From NCBI GenBank assembly GCA_964016885.1, contig OZ024746.1:60202001-60266000 (forward strand): a stretch of DNA of 64,000 nucleotides, in the 5' to 3' direction. The translations under genes and the position numbers were made by a program. The notes beneath the pieces are model-generated. The model worked only from the letters and a program-made list of their open reading frames with translations, was not told the origin of the DNA and did no database searches. The DNA comes from Eledone cirrhosa (Eukaryota). Positions within the stretch are counted from its first letter, which is position 1. The number at the start of each line of letters is the position of its first letter. Below are positions 14,037-27,452 of the stretch, piece after piece.

Positions 14037-14116
14037 GCTCTGTATAGTCTTAAAGGCTATTTCACGAAAACTTTCAGTGGAGATGGTTATGGTTGGAATT
14101 CGATCCTCAGCAGAGC
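14037..14116 (-). ncRNA. type I hammerhead ribozyme (second unit)
   Basis: Same fold with perfect stem I GCTCTG/CAGAGC and one stem III mismatch. Confidence 0.75.
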
Positions 14117-14191
14117 TCAACTCGATAACCAAAATTCTCACAGATTAATATGCCAAAAAAAGGGAATTTAAAACAGGCTAGTTCACCATCA

Positions 14192-15596
<1,405 letters not shown>

Positions 15597-17418
15597 TAAT
15601 GGAAAAATTTGAACAGCGACAAAACAGAGAGGCAGTACAACGAATGTTTATTAATTTCACGCTCTGGAGAGTGGGGTGTTGGTGGGGGACGACGTTTCGG
15701 GCATAAGCCCTTCCTCAGGTGGGAACAGAGTTCAAAGGGTGTGTAGGGGAGTGGTGGAGAGACATATAGCGAAAGGAAACGGTGCGAATGAAAAAATAAA
15801 AAATAAAGATAAAAATAAAAATAAAGCATGATCAAAATACAAGGAATGAGATAAATTTAAAATAAAGGCATGATCAAAATAAACTGAAATTAAAAGGGGG
15901 GTAAACAAGTGGTGGAAGGGTGTGGGGGGTGTAGGGGTGGTGGCGGTAGAGTGGGGAGAGGGAGACGGGGTGTCCGAGCGGGGAGGGCTGAAGGTGGTGT
16001 GTGTGTGTAGGTGTGTGTGTGTGTATGTGAAAGTAAGGGTTGGGGGAAGAACGGGGTTGCATGTTCAGGAAGAGGTGTGTGTGGGGGTTTTGTGGGTCGG
16101 AGTGTCTGTGCGTGTGTGGATAGAGGGGTGGGGGGAGAGGAATCAGGAGGCTGAGGGTGTAAATATGTGGTGGAAAGCACGTGTGTGTGGGGTTTAAGCG
16201 TGTTGTGGGTGTAGGTGGCGTGTGGAGAAAAACATTTTTTTGGGGTGTGTGTGTGGGTGAGTTATATAGGTGATTACGTAAGAGGATGGTTGAAAAGTTG
16301 GTAAATTCCGAAGATGTTTAGTGGATTGGTTGTTGGTCAATTTCTGCGTGTGGGTATTCCATGAAGCGATGGTCGGAAGAGGAGAGATGTGGGGTGCGCG
16401 CACAACAGGAAGTGGTCAGCAGTGGGAGTGCTGTGGTCTGTTTGTGCTGGGAGGTGGTCCGAGGGCATAGCAGCAGTCGGTGGAATGGTAAAGGGGCGAG
16501 GATGGGTAGGTGTGAAAGTTGGAGTGAGGAGGGTGTTTGTGTGTATTAGTAGGGGTGTTAGTGGGATGAGTGAGTGTGGAGCGAGGGTGTGAGTGGAGCG
16601 GGGAGAGAAGGGTGTGTGTGGTTCTATGGAGGGAGTGTGGTGTACTGGTGTGTGTGTAGTTAGATGAAGAGGTGTTAGTGGGTGTTAGTATACGGGAGGT
16701 GGGGAGGGGTTGAAAGCAGGTGTGAGTGGGGGTTAGTGGTGGTAGGGTGTGTAGAGTTGGTGGTGTACGAGGGTGTGTGGGTACGTGTGCGTGGGGTTGG
16801 GGGTGTTAGTGATGTTAGTTGCGTGTGGGGTGGGTGGTGTAAGTGGGTGCGTGTGTTCGTGTGCTTGGGGTTAGGGGGTGTTAGTGAGGTTAGTTGCGGG
16901 GTGGTGGGATGGATGTGTGGGGGTGAGAGGTGTGGGGGTGAGGGTTAGTGGTGGTAGTAGGGTGTGTGTTTAGTGTGAGCGCGTGTATATATGTGCCGGT
17001 GGGTGTGTGCGTGTGATAAGGAGAGGGGAGGAGGAGAAGAGGGGAGGGAAGGGATGTTAGTATGTTAGTTGGGGAAGGGTGGTCAGATGAGGGGTGGAGT
17101 GGAGGTGTTAGTATTGTTAGTTGTGGGGTGGGCGGTGAAAAGGAGGGGTGTGTTAGTGGTGTTAGTGGGAGATAAGTGTGGGGGAGGGGGCGGTCGAAGG
17201 CTAAAGGAATAAGGGTGGGGAGTTCAGGCCGGAGGGAGTGTGGGTCTGTAAGATGAAGATAGTTCGTTGTTCGACCGTAATGCGATTGGCGGGGCTTCCG
17301 TGGCACTGGAGTGGGCCACAGACTGTGAGATGGCGTGCGGAATGTCCAGGGCCACCAAAGTGGCGGGCGATGGGGGGAACTGCCCCCGAGACGAATATCC
17401 CGGAGGTGCTCCGTGATA
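15597..17418 (-). mobile_element. 5'-truncated Neptune-like PLE (GIY-YIG C-terminus plus long C/A-rich 3' UTR)
   Basis: 17415 to 17200 reads [25 protein letters not shown]...[17 protein letters not shown] with one frameshift; HHR-like core and AATAAA near the 3' end; (TA)n on both sides. Confidence 0.75.
15688..15722 (-). ncRNA. hammerhead-like core with degenerate stem I
   Basis: CTGAGGA-A-GGGC TTAT GCCC-GAAAC GTC GTC; stem I does not pair well. Confidence 0.5.
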
Positions 17419-17480
17419 TGTATATATATATATTTATATATATGTATATGTATATATATGTATATATATGTATATGTATA

Positions 17481-17536
<56 letters not shown>

Positions 17537-17540
<4 letters not shown>

Positions 17541-17741
17541 AACCAGTAAGACCCCGACGGCTGAGCTCAAGCCGTTTCGACGGCTAATTCTGGACAGAAT
17601 TAGCCGTCCAGAATTAGCCGTCGAAACGGCTTGAGCTCAGCCGTCGGGGTCTTACTGGTTCCTATTACCCACTCTACTACCCCAAGTATTGAGTACTTTG
17701 GTGCGTTATGGTCCACCTGGTTCCTTACCACATTTCCTTCG

Positions 17742-17743
<2 letters not shown>
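17537..17743. mobile_element. about 200-bp fold-back element (59-bp IR + 79-nt tail) in (TA)n
   Basis: 17537-17595 is the reverse complement of 17606-17664; second copy at 37518; diverged arm at 26772-26822. Confidence 0.8.
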
Positions 17744-17801
<58 letters not shown>

Positions 17802-17831
17802 AGTATTGTAATAAACAACATAAGGCAATTA

Positions 17832-17892
17832 TTTCATTTACCAGTGGTTTCTTAAAAGCAAAAAAATTTTGCTTTCAATCATCAGAATGAAA
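17832..17892 (-). ncRNA. type I hammerhead ribozyme
   Basis: Reverse complement of the HHR at 30861-30921. Confidence 0.85.
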
Positions 17893-18013
17893 AAATCCTG
17901 GCGTATTTATTGACGTTGGATTTTAAAAACAAAAATGCAATCTATATGAAAGTGCGGCTGGAAAAGGAAGAAGGAAAGGAAAAATTAAATAAAAACACAC
18001 ATGCAAACACACA

Positions 18014-18047
<34 letters not shown>

Positions 18048-18231
18048 AATATATACATACACATATATGTATATATACACACATACATACATACACACAT
18101 ACATACACACACACATATATACACACACACATATATATATGTGTATATATATACATACACATACATATACACATACATACATACACACATAAATATCAAC
18201 ATATCTATACATACACATACATATATACAAC

Positions 18232-18260
<29 letters not shown>

Positions 18261-18264
<4 letters not shown>

Positions 18265-18444
18265 AAGTTATATATTAATATATATGATAAACACAAAACG
18301 TGTTTGTATTGTAACAATACAAACACGTTTTGTGTTTATCATATATATTAATATATAACTTGTATTTCACTGCTCAGAAATGCCTCTTTTTTTGAGCTGA
18401 TTAATTGTAAACGACTAAGAGTTTAATCTCTAAATATAATATAG

Positions 18445-18445
<1 letters not shown>
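18261..18445. mobile_element. fold-back mini-element (52-bp IR, 1-nt spacer, 80-nt tail)
   Basis: 18261-18312 pairs with 18314-18365; arm plus tail homologous to 39521-39645 (-). Confidence 0.7.
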
Positions 18446-18487
<42 letters not shown>

Positions 18488-18492
<5 letters not shown>

Positions 18493-19106
18493 AAATTGAG
18501 GTTGGTAATGGCACATGGAATATATAAGAGACAGAATACTTTTTTGTGAAAAAACATAATTTTATAAGGTAAGGAAATAATAAAGGGTATAAAAAATGAC
18601 CGGTTTCGATGGGTCTGCAAAAGCCATCTTTTCAAATGTTGATTAATATTAAGAAAAATTAATAATACGAAGAGTTAAAATTTGAGACTTGAAAATTCAA
18701 GTATAAAATTCATTGTGGGATTTCATAGCAGTTTTCATCTAGGTAGCAACAACAGGTTGACTGCTGTGTCCCTTTCTGGTATACCAGAAAGGGACACAGC
18801 AGTCAACCTGTTGTTGCTACCTAGATGAAAACTGCTATGAAATCCCACAATGAATTTTATACTTGAATTTTCAAGTCTCAAATTTTAACTCTTCGTATTA
18901 TTAATTTTTCTTAATATTAATCAACATTTGAAAAGATGGCTTTTGCAGACCCATCGAAACCGGTCATTTTTTATACCCTTTATTATTTCCTTACCTTATA
19001 AAATTATGTTTTTTCACAAAAAAGTATTCTGTCTCTTATATATTCCATGTGCCATTACCAACCTCAATTTTCTCTATAACCTTCGTTTTGTGTAGAAAAT
19101 TACACT

Positions 19107-19110
<4 letters not shown>
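18488..19110. mobile_element. 588-bp spacer-less palindrome + 35-nt tail, with degenerate HHR
   Basis: Centre 18781/18782; AACAT-TTGAAAA-GATGG..CCATC-GAAACCGGTC-ATTTT at 18923-18970 and its mirror. Confidence 0.8.
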
Positions 19111-19180
<70 letters not shown>

Positions 19181-19802
19181 GATATTAAACAAATGGAAAC
19201 TATATTTATAAAACCATATTTATTTCGTTATATATATTTCTGGGATATCATATTAAAAATATGGTATGCCTTCCTCAGACAAAATACAATACATAAGCTG
19301 TTTTATAAATAATTATTGACATACCTTATAATAATGCAACTTCCATTTAAAAAGTTGATTTGGTAGTGAAACTGTTATGACAGTTATATAGAAAGAAAAA
19401 CGAAGATGAGAAGAAGAAGATGAAGAGATGTATGTAAATAAAAAGAAAGAAGAAGATGAAGAGATGTATGTAAAGAAAAACAACAGAGCGAGATAGAGAG
19501 ACAAGGAGATATGGGAGAGAGAAATACATTGAGGAAGTGAAAAAATATAGTAGGCAGCTTTTGGACAGATGATCATCGTATATGTGAGATGTTAAGGAGG
19601 GAAGGTATACAGTTAAACTAGCCGACACATAAATCACGTCCAGTGTATAGGAGAAAAAGAAAGAAAGATGATATATTTAAAATATATTAAAAATATATTA
19701 TGTCTCATCCATTTGAATTATCAATTTTTATGAATTAGGTATTATAATGTAAATATCAGTATTCATGAATGAGACACATATCCATAATGTGTTGAAAATG
19801 AC

Positions 19803-21432
19803 TTGCCAGTCAGGTTGATTGCACCATCAAAATCTGACCTGGGTAAACTTAGCAAGAACATTCTAGACAGAGTGATACAGCAAATTAAGGACTTGAATTG
19901 TTTACCTGGCTTGACCTTGTGGAAGGGAACTGGGGTGGTCATTGAGTGGTTTAATGAAATTAAATATAACAATAATAATAAATTTATTCAACTAGATATT
20001 GCTAACTACTATTCATCCATTACCCCTAATCTACTAAATAAGGCACTAAATTACGCATTCAAGCATACAGACATAACTAGCAATGAAATGCACATTATAT
20101 TATCGGCAAGGAAAACTTTGATAGAATTTAATAACCAACTATGGACTAGGGCAGATAGAGATAATAATTTTGACATTACTATGGGATCATCAGACTCAGC
20201 TCAGGTAACGGACCTTGTGGGCCTATTTATAATTAATTCGCTGCATAGGAAAATACCCGGTGTTACCAGAGGTTTATATAGAGATGACATGCTTTTACTT
20301 ATTGAAAATAATAACTCTGAACTAAATAAGAAAAGAAAACAAATTATACAATTTTTTAATTACCTTAATCTAAAAATAGAAATTGAGAATAACCATAGAA
20401 TAGTCAATTTCCTAGACGTAACATTTAATCTCAACACGTCTTCACTATCCATTTCACAAGTTAAATGAAAACTTGAATTATGTCAATTTTAGCTCCAATC
20501 ACCCCAGATCTGTCAAAAATACTATAGTGAACTCTGTTCAAAAACGTATCTCTAGAATCTCTTCCAATAAAAATATTTTTGACGAAAAAGCCCAATATTA
20601 TAATGAAGCTTTAGCTAGAGCAGGATATAGTGATAAAATTATGTACATCGATAATAGACAAACTAACCAAAATAACAACAATTTTAATTACAGTAACAAC
20701 TATAATAGAAAGCACTACAATAATTTCAAAAACCAGAAAAGAAATAGAACTAGAAATATAATTTGGTTTGCCCCCCCTTTCTCACTAAACATTAAAACCC
20801 ACATCGCTAAACTATTTTTTAATGCTCTTGACAAACGCTTCCCTAGAACACATAAGTATCACTCAATTTTCAATAGACATACTATAAAATTAACGTACTC
20901 GTCCACCAAAAATTTAGCACAAAATATTAATAGAATAAATAATAGGAATCTAAAACCTAGCCAAAATACCGAAAATAGCCTAAACAATATTCAAGTAAAA
21001 AACTGTAACTGTAGAGATAGATCTAAATGTCCGCTAAATAACAATTGCTTAGTTAAAAATATAATATACAACTGTAATGTTAGAACTGATTTAAATTCTT
21101 TTAATTATGTTGGTTCCACCTCGACAGAATTTAAACTTCGCTATAATAATCACAAAAATTCTTTCACGGATCCAAATAAAAAATCTTCAACATTGCTGTC
21201 AGGGTTACTCTGGCAACTTAAGCATGATAAAGTTGGATATTCGATGGTTTGGAATATAGTCTCAAAAGGGATTCCTTTTAATTCCTCTTCTGAGACATGT
21301 GACCTCTGCGCGGAGGAGATATTCTTTATACTAAAATCTAAAAATTCCCTTAATTTACGAACCAATTTATTCAGCTGCTGCAGACATAGATTGAACTCAA
21401 CTTTTAAATATAAATATAAATTTAAAATGTAG
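19803..21432 (+). pseudogene. PLE RT + GIY-YIG endonuclease, one frameshift near 20440
   Basis: QLDIANYY, FDITMGS, GLYRDD; CNCRDRSKCPLNNNC linker; NIIY...YVGST. Confidence 0.9.
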
Positions 21433-22687
21433 TATAAAATGTAGTATATTTACTTAAGATATTTAACTATTTATGAAACTTGGAGATAAATCTTTCGATT
21501 CCTTCAATTTTTTTTAAAACCTTTCTACATGAATATATAATTAATGAGATTAAATAAACTACCCTAAAATTGGCGTTGTCCCCAATCTTTTGAATAAATT
21601 TTTAAGCTGGATAAACTTCTATAATAAATATAAGAGCAGTTGTAGAATAAGTTTTGATTGATTTCTGCTAAATAAGGCTTGGTGAACAATTTTGGTTTTG
21701 TTTGCTTTTGATTCTGATTTTATGTGACCGATATGCGTGGCATACTATGTTCTCTTGCGTCCCTAGATACTCTGTGGAGTGACGAAGATATTCTTGGCGT
21801 TTTTAATTTTTAATATTGATATCTGTTGTCTACTCTATGCTTGATCGATAATCATGCAAGTGAGGCTGGAATGTTATTTTAAATGTTAATGTATATCTTA
21901 TATATTTTATGTCTATATATATGTATATATGTATGTAAATGTATGTAGGGTGGAATCTTTTGTAACGCAATGAAGTTTTTCATAAAATATAAGAATTTGT
22001 GGAGCATATCACGTAGGTTCACATGTGTGTCTATATTTATCAACTTGAATTTGAGATTACCTTCTCTTTTCTCTTTTTCTTTTTTCACGAGAATGCATAT
22101 ATACTTATGTTTGAAGTTTTATCTCAGATTTTGCTTATAGACCTAAGAATTTTTAAACTAAGCATGTGGTCATTTTTTTCACACATTATGGATATGTGTC
22201 TCATTCATGAATACTGATATTTACATTATAATACCTAATTCATAAAAATTGATAATTCAAATGGATGAGACATAATATATTTTTAATATATTTTAAATAT
22301 ATCATCTTTCTTTCTTTTTCTCCTATACACTGGACGTGATTTATGTGTCGGCTAGTTTAACTGTATACCTTCCCTCCTTAACATCTCACATATACGATGA
22401 TCATCTGTCCAAAAGCTGCCTACTATATTTTTTCACTTCCTCAATGTATTTCTCTCTCCCATATCTCCTTGTCTCTCTATCTCGCTCTGTTGTTTTTCTT
22501 TACATACATCTCTTCATCTTCTTCTTTCTTTTTATTTACATACATCTCTTCATCTTCTTCTTCTCATCTTCGTTTTTCTTTCTATATAACTGTCATAACA
22601 GTTTCACTACCAAATCAACTTTTTAAATGGAAGTTGCATTATTATAAGGTATGTCAATAATTATTTATAAAACAGCTTATGTATTGT

Positions 22688-22751
22688 ATTTTGTCTGAGG
22701 AAGGCATACCATATTTTTAATATGATATCCCAGAAATATATATAACGAAAT
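22688..22751 (+). ncRNA. type I hammerhead ribozyme (intact mirror copy at 19222-19285, -)
   Basis: ATTTTGT-CTGAGGA-stem II (CATATT/AATATG)-GAAATATATATA^ACGAAAT. Confidence 0.75.
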
Positions 22752-22880
22752 AAATATGGTTTTATAAATATAGTTTCCATTTGTTTAATATCGTAAACCT
22801 ACTCCAGAAACTGTTGAGTGCTTTTATATCAGTTATAAAATATTTACTCGTTGTAACCCAACAATCTTAAATAAAACTTT

Positions 22881-22957
<77 letters not shown>

Positions 22958-22999
22958 ACATACACATACATATACATACACATATACATACATACACAC

Positions 23000-23042
<43 letters not shown>

Positions 23043-23045
<3 letters not shown>

Positions 23046-25553
23046 AAAGTTTTATTTAAGATTGTTGGGTTACAACGAGTAAATATTTTATAACTGATAT
23101 AAAAGCACTCAACAGTTTCTGGAGTAGGTTTACGATATTAAACAAATGGAAACTATATTTATATTTATAAAACCATATTTATTTCGTTATATATATTTCT
23201 GGGATATCATATTAAAAATATGTTATGCCTTCCTCCGACAAAATACAATACATAAGCTGTTTTATAAATAATTAGTGACATACCTTGTGATAATGCAACT
23301 TCCTTTTAAAAAAGTTGATTTGGTAGTGAAACTGTTATGATAGTTATATAGAAAGAAGAAGATGAAGAGATGTATGCAAATAAAAAAAAGAAGAAGATGA
23401 AGAGATGTATGCAAAGAAAAACAACGGAGCGAGATAGAGAGACAAGGAGAGAGAGAAATACATTGATGGTGAAAAAACATAGTAGGCTGCTTTTTGACAG
23501 ATGATCATCGTATATGTGAGAGGTTAAGGGAAGGGATACAGTTAAATTAGTGTATAGGAGAAAAAGAAAGAAAGATGATATATTTAAAATATATTAAAAA
23601 TATATTATGTCTCATCCATTTGAATTATCAATTTTTATGAATTAGGTATTATAATATAAATATCAGTATTCATGAATGAGACACATATCCATAATGTGTG
23701 AAAAAAATGACCACATGCTCAGTTAAAAATTCTTAGGTCTATAAACAAAAACTGAGATAAAACTTCAAACATAAGTATATATGCATTCTCGTGAAAAAAG
23801 AGAAAAGAGAAGGTTATCTCAAATTCAAGTTGATAAATATAGACGCACATGTGAACCTACGTGATACGCTGCACTGATTCTTATATTTCATGAAAAACTT
23901 CAACTGATTTAAATTCTTTTAATTATGTTGGTTCCACCTCGACAGAATTTAAACTTCGCTATAATAATCACAAAAACTCTTTCACGGATCCAAATAAAAA
24001 ATCCTCAACATCGCTGTCAGGGTTACTCTGGCAACTTAAGCATGATAAAGTTGGATATTCGATGGTTTGGAATATAGTCTCAAAAGGGATTCCTTTTAAT
24101 TCCTCTTCTGAGACTTCTGACCTCTGCGCGGAGGAGATATTCTTTATATTAAAATCTAAAAATTCCCTTAATTTACGAACCAATTTATTCAGCTGTTGCA
24201 GACATAGATTGAACTCAACATTTAAATATAAATATAAATTTAAAATGTAATATAAAATGTAGTATATTTACTTAAGGTATTTGACTATTTGTGATACTTG
24301 GCGATAAATCTTTCGATTCCTTAAATTTTTTTAAAACCTTTCTGCATGAATATATAATTAATGAGATTAAATAAACTACCCTATAATTGGCGTTGTCCCC
24401 AATCTTTTGAATAAATTTTTAAGCTGGATAAACTTCTATAATAAATATAAGAGCATTTGTAGAATAAGTTTTGAATGATTTCTGCTAAATAAGGCTTGAT
24501 GAACAATTTTGGTTTTGTTTGCTTTTGACTCTGATTCTATGACCGATATGCGTGGCATACTATGTTCTCTTGCGTCCCTAGATACTCTGTGGAGTGACGA
24601 AGATATTCTTGGCGTTTTTAATTTTAATATTGATATCTGTTGTCTACTCTATGCTTGATCGATGATCATGCAAGTGAGGCTGGAATGTTATTTTAGATGT
24701 TAATGTATATCTTATATGTTTTGTGTCTATATATATGTATATATGTATGTAAATGTATGTAGGGTGGAATCTTTTCTAACGCATTGAAGTTTTTCATGAA
24801 ATATAAGAATCAGTGCAGCGTATCACGTAGGTTCACATGTGCGTCTATATTTATCAACTTGAATTTGAGATAACCTTCTCTTTTCTCTTTTTTCACGAGA
24901 ATGCATATATACTTATGTTTGAAGTTTTATCTCAGTTTTTGCTTATAGACCTAAGAATTTTTAACTGAGCATGTGGTCATTTTTTTCACACATTATGGAT
25001 ATGTGTCTCATTCATGAATACTGATATTTATATTATAATACCTAATTCATAAAAATTGATAATTCAAATGGATGAGACATAATATATTTTTAATATATTT
25101 TAAATATATCATCTTTCTTTCTTTTTCTCCTATACACTAATTTAACTGTATCCCTTCCCTTAACCTCTCACATATACGATGATCATCTGTCAAAAAGCAG
25201 CCTACTATGTTTTTTCACCATCAATGTATTTCTCTCTCTCCTTGTCTCTCTATCTCGCTCCGTTGTTTTTCTTTGCATACATCTCTTCATCTTCTTCTTT
25301 TTTTTATTTGCATACATCTCTTCATCTTCTTCTTTCTATATAACTATCATAACAGTTTCACTACCAAATCAATTTTTTTAAAAGGAAGTTGCATTATCAC
25401 AAGGTATGTCACTAATTATTTATAAAACAGCTTATGTATTGTATTTTGTTTGAGGAAGGCATAACATATTTTTAATATGATATCCCAGAAATATATATAA
25501 CGAAATAAATATGGTTTTATAAATATAAATATAGTTTCCATTTGTTTAATATC

Positions 25554-25555
<2 letters not shown>
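23043..25555 (+). mobile_element. second, shorter copy of the same PLE family with inverted tailed pLTR
   Basis: 23043-23903 is the inverted 3' end including the tail; 23903-24250 is the GIY-YIG end; HHR cores mutated (CGGAGGA at 23181-23244, TTGAGGA at 25443-25506). Confidence 0.9.
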
Positions 25556-25638
<83 letters not shown>

Positions 25639-25787
25639 CATACATAACCATACAAATATACACATACATATACATACATATCACAAACACGTACATACAA
25701 ATATAAACACACACATATATATGTGTGTAAAACTCATTCTTAGATAATTCATATGAACCTTATTTAACTCTAAAATATATATATATA

Positions 25788-26170
25788 TTTCGTTTCTGAA
25801 TTTGTTTAGCAAGATTCTTTATCTGAAATCGTGTGTTGAAACCGATATTGTTATACTTTGGGAGGGTCATGTTTCCAATAAGAAACACACGCACCTGTTG
25901 CACAGACTGAGCACACAACACACACACAGAAACAAAATGGCGTAGGACAGAACAAAGGAGAGGCACAGAAACAAAGAAAGGAATCCCCAGTCACTGAAGA
26001 GGTCACAGAGTGTGTGACGAAAGAACTATGACTATATATAAACAACTATCTGGTTGTGGAACCAACCAACCAACCAGAAATTTATAAATTTATAAATTTA
26101 TTATAATAAATTGAAGTGAAAGCAACTGGTGCGTGTGTTTCTTATTGGCAACATGACCCTCCCGAAGTAT

Positions 26171-26178
<8 letters not shown>
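25788..26178 (+). mobile_element. non-coding mini-PLE-like element: tail + about 55-bp IR + HHR
   Basis: 25846-25901 is inverted relative to 26122-26178; HHR inside; (TA)n flanks. Confidence 0.75.
25989..26033 (+). ncRNA. minimal type I hammerhead ribozyme
   Basis: AGTCA-CTGAAGA-G-GTCACA GAGTG TGTGAC-GAAAG AA CTA^TGACT. Confidence 0.7.
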
Positions 26179-26223
<45 letters not shown>

Positions 26224-26627
26224 CACACATATACACATACATACATACTCACATACACATATATACCTACACACACATATATACATACACATACGTATGC
26301 ATACGTACATACACACACACACACACACACACGCATATACATATATAACTCAATATATATATATATGAGAAAGAACATAATTATATATATATATATAAAA
26401 AATAAATATTGTATATATAAAAATAAAAATGAAAATAAAAAGTTGGGAATACGACAAATAATAAATAAAAAAATATATATTTAGAAAAGGGTATAAATGC
26501 TTATAGCATATTTAGAGCACTCAACAAATTCCTGGAGCAAAAGATCAATGAAAATAATCATTAAATCACTATATGTAATGATGCATGTACATACGCCCTT
26601 ATACATATATACATATACATATACACA

Positions 26628-26707
<80 letters not shown>

Positions 26708-26739
26708 ACCACAGAAATACACACACACATACAATTACG

Positions 26740-26773
<34 letters not shown>

Positions 26774-26938
26774 GGAAAAAGTCTGACCCCACGGCAAAGC
26801 TCAAGCCTTTTCTGAGGCTATTATATATATACACACACAAAACCATTATATAAAAAAATACATATACACGCACAAATATACACGCGCCCATACACACACA
26901 TTAAATCTATATATACACACATACATACAAACACATAT

Positions 26939-26979
<41 letters not shown>

Positions 26980-27452
26980 TATATACACACATACATACAT
27001 ACACATAAATATATACACACACGCCCACAAATACAACAGAAATATATAATATATACGATTATATATACATATACATATACATAGATATAAACATACATAC
27101 ACACACATATATACATACACATATACATATACACACACATATACATACACATATATATATACATATATATATATATACATATATACATATATATACATAC
27201 ATATACATATATACACATATACATACATATACGCAACACAAAAAAAAAATTAATATCTAAAAATAAAAAAAATGTTTGGTATGTGAAGGGTAAGGCAAAA
27301 AAATAATAGGGGGCGGGGGGAGGGGGGAAATAAATGACATAGGAAAAGGTTTAAATATAAGGGGAGATAAGGGAGAAAGAGAATACAAGAGTACAGAGCG
27401 TGGATTCAGCAGGTAAAAAAATCGTACTGGAAGTAAAGAGCAGAGAAGGAGT

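Larger units (their letters stand above)
13143..14193 (-). mobile_element. retrozyme-like tandem array, 638-bp unit x1.65
   Basis: Unit starts at 13143 and 13781; one HHR per unit on minus; (TA)n on both sides; no credible ORF. Confidence 0.75.
19179..22883 (+). mobile_element. 5'-truncated Nematis-like PLE with inverted pLTR
   Basis: 19179-19792 is the reverse complement of 22181-22795; RT and GIY-YIG in between; tail 22796-22883; (TA)n flanks. Confidence 0.92.

Noticed and set aside
13245-14171. Duplicated 95-98 aa ORFs
   Set aside because: By-products of the tandem repeat, antisense to the ribozyme, with non-ATG starts and no known motifs.
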